Source: Watersipora subatra (taxonomy: Eukaryota). Taken from it: DNA of 64,000 nt. The notes beneath the pieces are model-generated. The model was not told the DNA's origin, made no database searches, and worked only from the letters and a program-made list of their open reading frames with translations. How positions within the stretch are numbered: position 1 is the first letter of the stretch; each line of letters begins with the position of its first letter. Of this stretch, positions 48,762-60,176 are shown piece after piece. Location of the stretch: the NCBI RefSeq assembly GCF_963576615.1, contig NC_088716.1, positions 43,559,910-43,623,909 on the forward strand. Direction: 5' to 3'. Both the position numbers and the translations under genes were made by a program.

Positions 48762-51369
48762 CTGTTCAAACCATAAAGTTGACAGTCAAAAACAAAAACA
48801 AACATTCGAGGACAAAAACACAGATTCAGGGAGTTATGAAGGGTGAACGGTGCTGATCACAAAACTATCGAATAGGTTTCTCTGCAGCCGCAATGCTGAG
48901 TCAGAAACATGCAATTAACCAATGTATGTTGGTGTCGTATCTACTGTAAACCGAAAAACTTCGCTTTGTTGCGAAAATGTTATATTCGAGTTTTTCCAAG
49001 CCTGCGCTCCTTAAATTGGCATTTGAGCGGTTATTATATAAACGATAGTCATAAAAAATTGTTTCTTCATCCCAATTAACCTAAGTGGATAGTAATGTTT
49101 ACCCAGGCTCGAGTTTCCTACCAGAGAGTCAGAGACCTGAGAAATTGAGCACTCTGCCTCAAGATCTTAAACATTGCCAATAGTAGACTTTTCTGCAACC
49201 CGTTTGTGTTGACTGTCGCCGGTTAAATGTTGCCATCCGGTCACAATTCTTTACTGTATACATATGAACTAAAGAGAAAGCTCAATGTAAACTATATCGA
49301 CAGATATACACAGAGTAGTAGAGCTAAAACTAATTCATAAGACATTTCTTCTCGTATTCTTCACACTCATGTGATAGAAATCTGTTTTAAAAGTTTAAAA
49401 AGAAATTTAATTTTCATTACATTCAATATCAAGATTTATTCCCTCTCTGCTGCATGTATGGCAATTTATTCTGAACCAGATTTATCCTGGTACTAATTAT
49501 ACTATGACCATCTGCGCATGACATTTGGCACAGAATCAATTGTGGCTGCATGCTTTTTATCACTACCAATGGTCCTCTTGTGATTTGAACCACTGACCTA
49601 CTGATAACATGCCAGTGTACTAACCACTGAACCACCGCTGCTAAAGATTTAGTAGGTTCAGTTTTATTGTCCATCTTTAGAGTTCTATTTTCATGAGTTG
49701 CCATGGAAACGAGACACTATCTCCCATATCAGGCAGTGCCACTACACATGATTCAGCACTGTTATTTTTATTACTATCGCTCGCCAAAACTCATGAAACG
49801 CAGCAAAATGTCAGTTAAATATTATCTCTTTTAAAAAAGTGATTGCTTTTATTGACGCCTCAACATCCTTAATAGTCTGCTGTTGTTTAGCTATGCTCCA
49901 ATGCTGACAGAGCTCTTAAACTTAATTCTATCAACAGTCAGCAGAGGATCTTTATTTAGCTGCACTTTTTTTGACCTTGACATCATAGCTCAACAAATCA
50001 AACATGTAGATAATGGTTTTTGTTAAAGATCGGTAACACTAGACACCAGTTACTACTATAGCCTAGTGAACCTTGGCAGCGTAATGAAATGATGATGTTA
50101 TCATCCAGTGTAGCAACATAGTAGTACCAGTGGAGCCAGTAATGTTAGAACCATAGAGTCAAGGCCCAACTAAACTGGGTTATCTTAGACAGATTGACTG
50201 CCCTTGTAGGCAGAACCGATTGTGGAATTTTCATTGAGGAAGCTAATTTGCAACCTCTTAAAAGCCTGGTGATTCGCCAAGAGCACTTGCGCAACAACAA
50301 TACAGCTTGCAAAACTTGTCAGGCCATATCACCAATTTTATTACACGCAAATTGCTGATAACAAATATTTACCTCAATCCGATTTCAGAGTAACTCCACT
50401 ATGGTACTTGAGTGACTAAACAGGTCAATGCATAGCACTGACACAATGTGAACATATTCAACACATCCTTCTGATGACATTACCATTTGGTTGAGCATGT
50501 TGGTAATGCTTCAAACGGCTTTTTGCTTTGCACAATGTTTAGATATGAAAGCGATTGACTCGTTTTTAAAAATATGGAGATGATAAGCATTATTTTCATG
50601 ACTATCAGAATAGAGAAGCTAACATTGAATACGTGACTTCATTAGCCAATATATTGCCAGTCCGGCTGTGATTATAGGACGGTTTATATCACCTACGTCT
50701 AGAGTTCATATTCCTTACGCGTAGAGAGGATACGATTCAGGTACATTATACGAATCCAAATTTAATCGTGTATCTCTCATAATCAAAGCAGGCTTATGAC
50801 AATTTTCCTTGGGTGGAGTAAATGATACCGGGGTTGAGTAGGGTCGTAATAGTTTCATCCCAATGCATCATCAAAAGCCATAGCCTGAGATTTTTAAAAG
50901 TAAGTTGAATGTTCGTGGTCTAAAATAATAGAACGCGTATTTTTATTTATAGCAAAATCATTCAGGGAATACTAAATTTATTTATTGGATTCATTCATGG
51001 ACCATTGATTGAGTAATTACTATATTGATAAGAGGCAAGTAGCGGATAACTCCAAGTTTTTAATGATGCATAGTACTACAAAAATGATTAAAGTATCCCA
51101 TTTTATGGACGACATAAATTTATGGTTTGGCCATGTTTTGTCACGCGCATCTCTCTAGGGAACATGTAGGAAGTCTAAAAGCACCGTTAAAAATACTATC
51201 TATAGGAAAATTAGGCTGAAAATATCGACATACACCATCGACCTAGTCAGCTACTAAAGCATCGATACAATGCTGCACGCCAAACAAAAGCGCCATAAGA
51301 ATGGCCTGTGAGACTGAGAAACTTTAGTTGCAAAATCTGCTACAAAATTGCAGAACAGAAAGTTCTCAG

Positions 51370-51620
51370 CTGTTTCTCTATGGAATAAACAAAACAGGAA
51401 GTCCTAAGATTTTTCTCTATGGCGTAAACAAAACAGGAAGTCCTCAGAGGTTTTTCTATAGGGCAAACGAAACAGCAAGTCCTCAGGTGTTTTTCTATGG
51501 GTTAAACAAAACAAGAAGTCCTCAGATGTTTCTGTATAGAATTAAAAAAAACAGGAAGTCGTCATACGCTTCTCTATGAGGTAAACAAAACAAGGAAGTC
51601 CTCAGAGGTTTCTTGATGGA
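51370..51620. repeat. Tandem repeat of about 41 bp, about 6-7 copies (AAACAAAACAGGAAGTCCTCAGAGGTTTTTCTATGG...)
   Basis: Visible direct repetition with point variants. Intronic, between exons 1 and 2. Confidence 0.9.
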
Positions 51621-51882
51621 ATAAACAAAACGCTTTACCAACATAATTGTTTGAAAGTTTTAAATTAAAAACATCACATCAGTTGATAAGTGTGTCGTAG
51701 CCACATTTTCTTGCAATATAATGAGTGGCGAAGAAGAAGAAGAAACATTAATACTTTGACTTTTTAAATGCTCGATTAAAATTAAATTATGATGCCACAA
51801 GTTGCAAACAAAATACTTAGCTGGTTTTGGCTAAAGCAGTAAAATGACCCGTGGTTACACAATGCGAAGGCACAATGATTAC

Positions 51883-52010
51883 CTCTTTTCGAAGGATGTG
51901 GGAATACGTTCCACCATTAGCAGTTATGTCACTTCTAATCTTTTGCTTAAGATGAAAGGGTGTAGTGAGAGCAAACTCCACATAAAATATCTTATTTTTA
52001 AACACGCCTT
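51883..52010 (-). CDS. PARP4: PARP4-like exon 1 of those resolved (N-terminal start of the BRCT region); the 5' boundary and start codon are unresolved
   Basis: Minus-strand translation ...GVFKNKIFYVEFALTTPFHLKQKIRSDITANGGTYSHILRKE followed by a GTAATC donor. It aligns to the PARP4 N-terminus (GIFANCIFCLKVKYLPQQQKKKLQTDIKENGGKF). There is no in-frame ATG in the ORF (the ORF-track M is TTG). Confidence 0.5.
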
Positions 52011-52109
52011 TTGCCGGTAGCTCCTCCTCCTTCTGCTGAGACCGAGTTCTTTTCCCATGTTTGCCTAGTGAAGTGTCACAGAAAAGAAGGCTAAATGTTG
52101 ATATCAAAT

Positions 52110-52200
52110 AACAATATATAATATATTACATCTTAATATACATTAAGATGTAATATACACCTGCATCTTAATATACATTAAGATGTAATATACAACAGAA
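52110..52200. repeat. Two copies of a near-palindromic 40-bp unit (ACATCTTAATATACATTAAGATGTAATATAC) just upstream of the first resolved exon
   Basis: Visible. It lies immediately 5' (in gene orientation) of exon 1. Confidence 0.8.
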
Positions 52201-54029
52201 ATCATTGAGTTTGTCACCAGTAAGTCTTTTTGTACCACTCACACCAGTCTCTGTAAAACTTGATAAGATATAAAAGCGCTCTTTATTATTATTCGCGCAC
52301 CATAAAAGCAAACCGGATGAAGATGAACTGCATACATGCATGTACAAATTTGCACAACTTTGTGTGCCACAGGTTGAAAAATATGCCTATTCATTTTCTC
52401 TTGCATTTCGAGAAAGATATTTGCACAAACTTTGCATCATATGTCAGCAAATCTGCAAGTTGAGATGCCCGCAATTCGGAGTTTGATGGTTTATATCAGA
52501 CTGACTAGTATGATGACTCTGATTCAACCATCGATAATGCTAGTGGAATCTGTAACAGGGCCAACAGATAACAAATAATGGTTATAGTGAACTAATAATG
52601 TGCTGTTTTACAAAGAGACATTAATCTGTTTTCATTTACTTTGATTAACCGGTGTAGTCAATCTCGATTCACAGCAATCAACGTAAGTATGACCAAAAAG
52701 AGATGGGCCATAATAATTGTTATAAACTTTATGCACACATAACTAACTTTTTATTACTATAACTCCTGCCAAAACCAAAGGTGGTTCCGCCACGCCCTGT
52801 CTGCCCAAATGCTGCCTATTTGTCATTTTTACCATTTTTTACGTGATACTGCATTGTGTACACTTGAAAAGTGAGCCGTTTTTATATTTTAGAGCAGCCG
52901 AAAATGAGAGATTCTGCGTGTATTTTTTCAAGGTTGCCATGAGCAATAGTAATAACTAAGCAGCAGTGATGATTTAAGAAATAATGTAATAGCATTGTAA
53001 TAATCACATTGTTCGGTGTTAAAAAATGCACATTGTATAAGAGACTCAAACAATACATCCCAGAGAATTATGCTCTAAAGCAATTATAGACCCATAATAT
53101 ATATTGGTAAGAATGGTTTTTCTGGCAAAAATAATGCATTGTCAATATCAAAAAAATCTTTAGTTGAGTGCCTGGTCAATTACAGGTTACAACAAAAATA
53201 ATCCCAGTTTCCCATTGGCTTACGCCACTGCTTGCGTACAGGTAAGTCACACAGATATAAATACGTGTACGCGTATGAAGAAATTACCCAGATTAAAATG
53301 AATTCGTTTGTTCGAATTGGTGGCAGTGACATCTCTACTAAGTAATAAAACACGTCGAAAAGATTAATAAATAACGTGTGTAGTGTCCTACCTGATGTTT
53401 CAGATGAGGGTAAAGGGCGCTTTGCTGAGAGCTCTAAACCAGCGAGCAGTCTTGAAGATGTATTCAAGTGGGTTTGAATAAGGGGGTGCGAAGTTGTAAG
53501 AAACTTATTTGCTGGTCGACTAGCACCAATTCTACCAGGAAATTTCTCCAATAAAGAAGAGTGAGTTGAGATCATTGCGATATCAAACACTGCAAAAAGA
53601 ATTACGCATTAACAATACATCAGTGATCAGTACAACATCGGTGATCAGCATTTACCGGTTGTCAAGGATAAGCTACTCACCTGTAACCTAGTTTAGTCGA
53701 TTTATTGAGTGTATCTAAAACGGTTTTAATGATCTGCACATTTTTTTTCCACTTAATCGAATAGCTAAGGTGGCAAAGATAATTGTGGGAAAAACTTGAC
53801 ATTGTTCGTAGTTGTTTGACAAGGAACTTAGCTCTCGCCGCAAGACGATTTCTGTTAGCGCATAAATGTTTTTCTTGCAAGTGGACACGTTTCAGGTAAA
53901 GGGATTGGGACGCCCGTTCTTGGGCACACTGTTGCTAGATTGCCTGCTAAAGTTTCTAGTGTGTCAGTTTTTTTTATTTCTTGTTTTCGGTTTTATTCTC
54001 GCTGTAGTGAGGTAGTCTTCATAATTCAA

Positions 54030-55290
54030 AGTGCACTGTGATGTGTGGTTGTGGAGAAATTATGTTATGCATAACTAATCCGAATCCACACAGAACATCA
54101 GTGTTGAATTTGCTTGTCGTATTATTCTATTTTGACTATGTTTAGTTTGTGCACTTTTACTTAGCTTGTGGGTGCTAATTTGATTATTACCGGTTCAGGT
54201 ATAGTGAAGGTGTTAAGCTATTGCAAGTAATGCTGATATTTACCAGTACAAGTTACTTCTTTATGCTATAAGTCAAACAGTTAAAATAAACAACTAACAA
54301 AATTCTAAAACAATATTAATGACAAAACAAATAGAAGAGCTAATAAAAATTACATCCTTGCTCAAACGGTCGTCTGTGTTTGCTTGTCTCGGTCCATGCG
54401 GCTGCGAGTTTCGATAGTCAAATTAGAGTCGTGAGAGGTCATAGGTAGAGAGTGTCGGCAGTTGAGATAGTGGCGGAGGTAGTGGTAGAGGAGGCTCAGC
54501 TGGTGGAGGAGAAGGAGGCTCCATTGGTAGAGAAGAGAGAGAGACTCCTCAGCAGGCAGATGGGAAAGCGTCCAAGGAGGCCCTCGGGAAGAGAGAGAGA
54601 GCCAGAGCTCAGGCTAGAGCCGGAGATGGAGAGGGGAATGGAGGGAGGTGCTTAGTCATTGGAGCTGTTCTCTTTTATAGATGTCTGGCATGTGGGATGG
54701 TTAGCCTGTGGGTGTAGGTTGAGTGTTAAGGTTCGATGCTTTCTGTCAGGCATGGGAAGATCTCTTGTTTGCGTAAGTCTTCAGCTGGTGCACGTGATGT
54801 TGACATGTAGGGTGGAGCTCGTGGCTTACTCCTGGTGTCTAGGTCATGTTTGACAGGAGTGGCAGATCTGTATGTGACTCATTTAACTCGTCTTTAATGT
54901 TTCTCTGGTAGCTTCTTGATGATAGTGGTTGGTAAGTTTAATTGCTTCGACTTCCCTTTGGCATGTTTTCCATCTGGTGTTGACGCAGTTTCTATGATTG
55001 ATTTCTTCCAAACTTGTAGTTTCTAATTTGCTTTTGACATTTTCAAATTATTGAATCTTTTAATGTCTTTGGGCGTCTTGCTGCTTGTACGAATTATATG
55101 CTTATCCTGTGGTCTGGCTACATTCCCTGTTGGTATCTTGTTTTCGCAGAATTTCCATACAACAGCACTTCTGTCATAAATGAATGAGACTAGCACCAGC
55201 TTGGGTGTTGTAAATTTACTTACTATCAAGTACAGGTAGGAGGTGCAAAAAACTATTACTGGTATATATATTCAAATCTGTCCAATACAT
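54030..55290 (-). mobile_element. ORF2-lacking LINE-like unit, blocks Z-Y-A. It is paralogous to the termini of the LINE-bearing unit at 55300-55410 + 59518-62900, and it preserves the unoccupied gypsy target site at about 54133.
   Basis: Z (54030-54135) is about 80% identical to 55300-55410. Y (54135-54420) is about 80% identical to 59518-59798. A (54420-55290) is similar to 62290-62900 (for example GTCATTGGAGCTGTTCTCTTTTATAGATGTCTGGCATGTGGGATGGTTAGCCTGTG versus GTCAATGGAGCTGTTCTCTTCTATAGATGTTTCTGTTAGCCTATGAGAAGGTGG). In this copy Z and Y are contiguous. Confidence 0.6.
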
Positions 55291-55413
55291 ACACCCCAAG
55301 GCGTTGTCATGGGTGGTTTGGGAAAGATTATGTTAGCCAATATTTAATGCGAATTCACACACAACATTAGTGTTGAATGTGCTTTGTCATCTCATTCTAT
55401 TTTGACTATGCAT

Positions 55414-58400
55414 GTGATGTTATGCAACAATTAACATAGGTTTATGTTTTGGTTAAAAGCAAACTCAACAATATATTCCGGTCTTGTTAGTTTCCATTCT
55501 TTTTCAGAGCAACCCAAAACGAAACTCATAGCGAGTCAACCAAAAACTATAATAAACAACATCCGGTTTATACAAATACATAACATCTCCCTTTCTAGAA
55601 GGATTGTCAAAACAAATAGTATGTATTTAGTTAGAGTTCAGATAGTTAATATTGGCTTTGTCTTTTATCCGCTAGGATCATAGTCCTCCAAGTATAAAGG
55701 CTTCTTCTTCGACCTCTGTGGTCTACCATACCCATGGTCCAAATCAGTATGCCTGGCTACAGTGCCCTCTGCAACATCTGACTTGGACCCCCGGCACTCA
55801 CTAGGACTGGCATGTGGACTGTACCAAGTTGTCCTGCCCTCTGCGTCACCAGTGGCGTCAGGAGAGCGAGGAACTCGACTAGCTTTTGTAGTGGTCTGAC
55901 ATTGACCATGGCCTTCTGTGAAGAGTTCCTCACCCCAGTTCTGTTGTGGAGTCTTGGATTCTGGTTGTACATCTATCAAGGCACTTCTGTTGCGTCTTAT
56001 AACCCCATTTTCAGTCTGAATTGAGTAAGACCTTGGTGCTAACATTTTTATCACAGTACTTTCTCTCTGCTTATCTCTAATATATACATTGTCTCGTGAA
56101 TATAATTCTGGTAGCTCCTTGGCTCAATTCTGATCATGGACACCTTTTGCATACTGTCTCTTCTCCTTTTTAGAATCCTCAATTTGGCTTCTCGCAGTAA
56201 CTTTCTGCAGCAAGTTATCAGTAAGAGTTGGTAGTGTAGTTTGGATAAGTCTTCCCATCAAAAGTTCTAAAGGAGTATACCCATTCTCAAGGGGAGTAGC
56301 TCTATATGTCAGTAAGCTCAAATGAGGATCCGATGTTTTCCACATTCGTTTGATAGTCCCCACCGCTCTCTCCGCTTTTCCATTAGCTCTTGGGTAACAT
56401 GGAGAACTAGTCATATGTATAAATCCATAGTCTTGTACAAACTTCTGAAATTCTCCAGATGAGAATTGTGGGCCATTGTCCGATATCAGCACTTCGCCAA
56501 TGCCATGTTAGCAAACACAGATTTGAATGCCTCAATGGTGTCAATTGAGGTAATTGAAGGCAGTTTTCTAACTTCAATCCATCTGCTGTAATAGTCAACA
56601 ATAAGTAGATAGTGAGACTTCTGGAGTTCAAGCAGGTCGGCTCCAAGCCTTTCCTATGGTCTCTCAGGCAAGGTGGAGGGACACAAAGGTTCTATAGGTG
56701 TATCAGAGTTGAGTTTGCAAACATGGCAACTCTGAACCATCTCATGAATTTGTGTGAACATTCTAGGGCACCATACAGATCTCCTAGCTCTCAGTCTACA
56801 TTTTACAATGCCCTGATAAGCCTGGTAAATTCTGTCTAAGATACTTAGTCTCTCGCTGGTGGGTGCGACAATCCTGCTGTCTTACAGAAGGACTTCATTA
56901 ATCACTTTGAGATGTTCCTTTACTTCCCAGTAAGGATGTATAGCTGTGTATGCATCGGTTTTGTATGTAGGCCAGCCCTCCTGGCAACATTGAACAACCT
57001 TTCTACATATCTCGTCTTTCTCCTGAGCTAACTTCAGCACCTCTACTGCCTAGTTGGTTGGTAAGCTTTCCCTTTTGGCAATCTCCATTTCCTCAACCAA
57101 TAGAATGTCTCCACCTTTGTAAGTGTCTACGGGTGCTCTTGAAAGAGCATCCACTAGACAATGGCTTTTCCCTGGTACATATTCAACCTTGGGAGCATAA
57201 CGCATCAGTCGAAGCCACATACGCAGAATTCTAGGTGATGCCTGGTCAAGGTCTTTAGTTGTCATGATAGGGACCAGCGGTTTATGATCAGTTTCCAAGG
57301 TGAATGTCATCCCTTGAACAAACTGGTCAAATTTGTTACATGCCCATACTGCTCTTAATGCCTCTTTCTCAATGGTAGCGTACCGTTTTTCTGTGTCTGA
57401 TAGTGAGCGATAAGCATAAATAACTGGGCATGTTGTACCATCAGCCTGAATCTGATACAAAGTAGCCCCCAGTCCCACATTACTAGCGTCTGTACCTATA
57501 ATAGTAGGCAGGTTAGGACTGTAATGAGCCATCGTCTTAGACGATTCGAGCGTTTCCTTAACCTCGGTGAAAGCCCTCTCCTGGTCGGAACCCCATAACC
57601 ATTCTCGATTCTCCTCAACAACTCTCTCATAGGTGCATTGAGAGTTGCTAGTTGAGGTACAAACTTAGCCATTTGGCTCAACGTGCCATTCAATCTGCGC
57701 AACTCTGTCTTGCTGGTTGGTGCAGGATATTCTGTAATAGCAGTAACTTTAGCTTGGTCTGGCTCAACGCCATGGCTATCAATGTGTTCCAGAAAATTCA
57801 ATGAATCTTTTCTGAATTCACATTTCTTAATATTCAGTGTAAGTCCTGATGCAAGTAGTCTCTAGAACTTCATATAGCACCTTGTCATGAGTTTTAAGGT
57901 CAATCACATGTATCAGGACGTCATCTATGTGGTAAATCACTGCTGGTATTCCCTCTAAGACTTTTGACATCACTCTCTGGAATATCTCGAGAGCGCTTGC
58001 CATTCCAAATGATAGTCTATTAAATCTGTATCTACCAAAGTGTGACAAGAATGTTGTGAGTTTCTGTGATTCCTCAACCAACTTAACGTGCCAAAACCCG
58101 CTATTGGCATCTAGTTTGCTAAATATTGTACTGTCCCCAAGCTGACTCAAGCTCTCATTCACGGTAGCCATTGGATGGATCTTTCTTCATACTGCTTCGT
58201 TTAACCCAGTGAAATCTACACAGATTCTCAACCCTCCAGACAGTTTAGCGACAGTGACCAACCCACTACACCATTCCGTAGCCTCAGTTACTGGTAATAT
58301 CACACCTTGGTTGACCATCTCCTGTAACTGTGTTTTAGCTTTTTCTCGCAAAGGATGTGCAATATTTCTAGGTGTGTATATACAAGTCGGTTTGCTACCA

Positions 58401-59513
58401 TCTTTAAGAGAAATTTTATATGTATAACCTGTCAGTAAACCCAGTCCCGAAAACAATTTAGGAAACTCGTTAACAATTGGGCTAGCCTCTCAAGTTTGAA
58501 GGCTTAGCAGCTTCATTCACGTGACAAGTCACAAGTCCTAGTTTTGAGCATGCATTTCTACTGAGTAGTGAGGCTGCCTGATTCTTCAGTACATAAGCAG
58601 TCTCCACATGTATCTTTCTCTGGTAAGACATCTTAGCTTCAAAGGTTCCTAATATTTCTAACCGGTTACCTCCAGGTCCATGTAGAACAACATCAGTTTC
58701 ACATAGCTTTATATGCTTCATCCATGGCTCTGTGTCACTTACTATAGTGCCATCAGCACCTGTGTCTAAATTGAACAATGTTTCATGTCCATTTATCCCA
58801 ACCCGTGCATTCCAACGATCCACCTCTCCAATAGTTAGTCCACCAGTAAACAGGAAGTCGTCCTCACTCTCGGCGACCTCTCTCTCTCTCTGATATCACT
58901 TCCTGTACCTGCCTAGACCTGCATTGTCTAGCACAGTGACCAATCTTTTTGCAATTTCTGCACTCTACAGCTCTAGCTAGACATTGTGACAGTGAGTGCG
59001 GTTCTCTGCCACATATACTGCATACTCTATCGATTGGAGAGCTTTGTGTAGCCTTTTTAAAGCCTTATAGCCTTGTAGCCTTATATCAACAAAGCTTGTT
59101 GATACTCAGCAATTTCTCCATTTAACCTAGTTAACACCCTAAAGCATTCCGTCTGCTCTTGAATGTTTTAAAGTTTGATTCACGATCACCACTCAATACT
59201 AGCTCGGCAGGTGGATCTACCCTGGGAATAGGTCTAGCATTATTTACAGTATTTTGTATTACAACTGGTTTTTGAGGCCCTTCTGCTGGCTCTACTGAAT
59301 CAACCATTGTTACATTTATCTGTAAACCACCGCTGCCACCATGTGATGTTATGCAACAATTAACAAAGGTTTATGTTTTGGTTAAAAGCAAACTCAACAA
59401 TATATTTTGGTCTTGTTAGTTTCCATGCTTTTTCAGAACAACCCAAAACGAAACTCAGAGTGAGTCAACCAAAAACTATAATGAACATCATCCGGTTTAT
59501 ACAAATACATAAC
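55414..59513 (-). mobile_element. Compact Ty3/gypsy LTR retrotransposon (about 4.1 kb). It has 180-bp LTRs (TG...CA), a primer-binding site, a polypurine tract and a 5-bp target-site duplication ATG(C/T)A. The gag is short with one CCHC knuckle. The pol PR-RT-RNaseH-IN is frameshifted.
   Basis: LTRs at 55414-55593 and 59338-59513 are about 90% identical. In element orientation the 5' LTR ends ...CATCACA and is followed by TGGTGGCAGCGGTGG, a candidate primer-binding site. The purine run GAAAGGGAGA immediately precedes the 3' LTR start TGTTATGTATTTG. Flanks are gactATGCA[element]ATGTAtagtttg, and the paralogous empty site at 54128 reads gactATGTTtagtttg. Pol motifs: DTGADGT (PR, 58482-58823), YHIDDVLIH and FGRYRFNRLSFGMASA (RT, 57827-58456), TDASNVGLGATLYQ (RNase H, 57050-57532), an integrase core ending CYPRANGKAE (56124-56492), and a gag C..C..GH..C knuckle at about 58890-58990. 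Confidence 0.85.
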
Positions 59514-59517
59514 AATG

Positions 59518-59890
59518 TATAGTTTGTGAACTTATGCTAGTTTGTGGAAACTAATTGGATTATTACTGGGTCAAGTACGTACCAGTGAATGCGTTAGGCT
59601 GTTGTAAACAATACCGATATTTGCCAGTAAAAGTTACTTTTTTATTTTATAAGTCTAACAATTAAAATACACAACTAACGAAATGCTAAACAATAATATT
59701 AATGAAAAATGTTAAAATAGCCAATAAAAGTTCACTTTTACTCGAGCAGTCGTCAGTGTTCGCTTGTTTAGTCCCATACGGTTGCGAGTCTTGACAGTCT
59801 TTTACCTCAGACTATTACCTCAGACGAGGTAGAACTTCCTAGCGATTTAATTTAAATCTAAAGGAACGCCTCTATTTATTGGGTTTGTTT
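59518..59890 (-). repeat. Block Y plus an about 90-bp spacer, the putative 3' UTR/tail of the LINE at 60177-62264
   Basis: Contiguous with the LINE RT C-terminus on the minus strand. Homologous to Y at 54135-54420. Confidence 0.5.
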
Positions 59891-60176
59891 TGAGTCGGGG
59901 TATAATTTGGAGAGCAGCACACTGCTGCTTAGGATTGAGTTTTGGTTGTGAGACCTCTGATGTCTCGAATTGTTCGAGGCAAAAAGCTATTGTTGTAGAT
60001 ATTTTTGTTTGTTGTTACAGAGTTAAGTTCTCCCCTGGAGGCTCTTGTTGTTATTGTCATATTTTCTCTGTCTTGGTTGGCTTCAGAGAGGGAATGGTGT
60101 TTTTCTTCATTCTGAAGAATTCTAATGAGCAGACAGAGTCGGTGGCTTTTTCGCCTGTCTTCCAGTGATTTTATAC

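Noticed and set aside
53180-53590. 136-aa minus-strand ORF (starts GTG) upstream of PARP4
   Set aside because: No recognisable domain, no ATG, and no splice support. It is kept only as a possible 5'-UTR exon region.
55665-58823. Gypsy pol ORFs as intact host or viral genes
   Set aside because: The protease, RT, RNase H and integrase segments lie in different frames with stops between them. The element is a degenerate retrotransposon copy.
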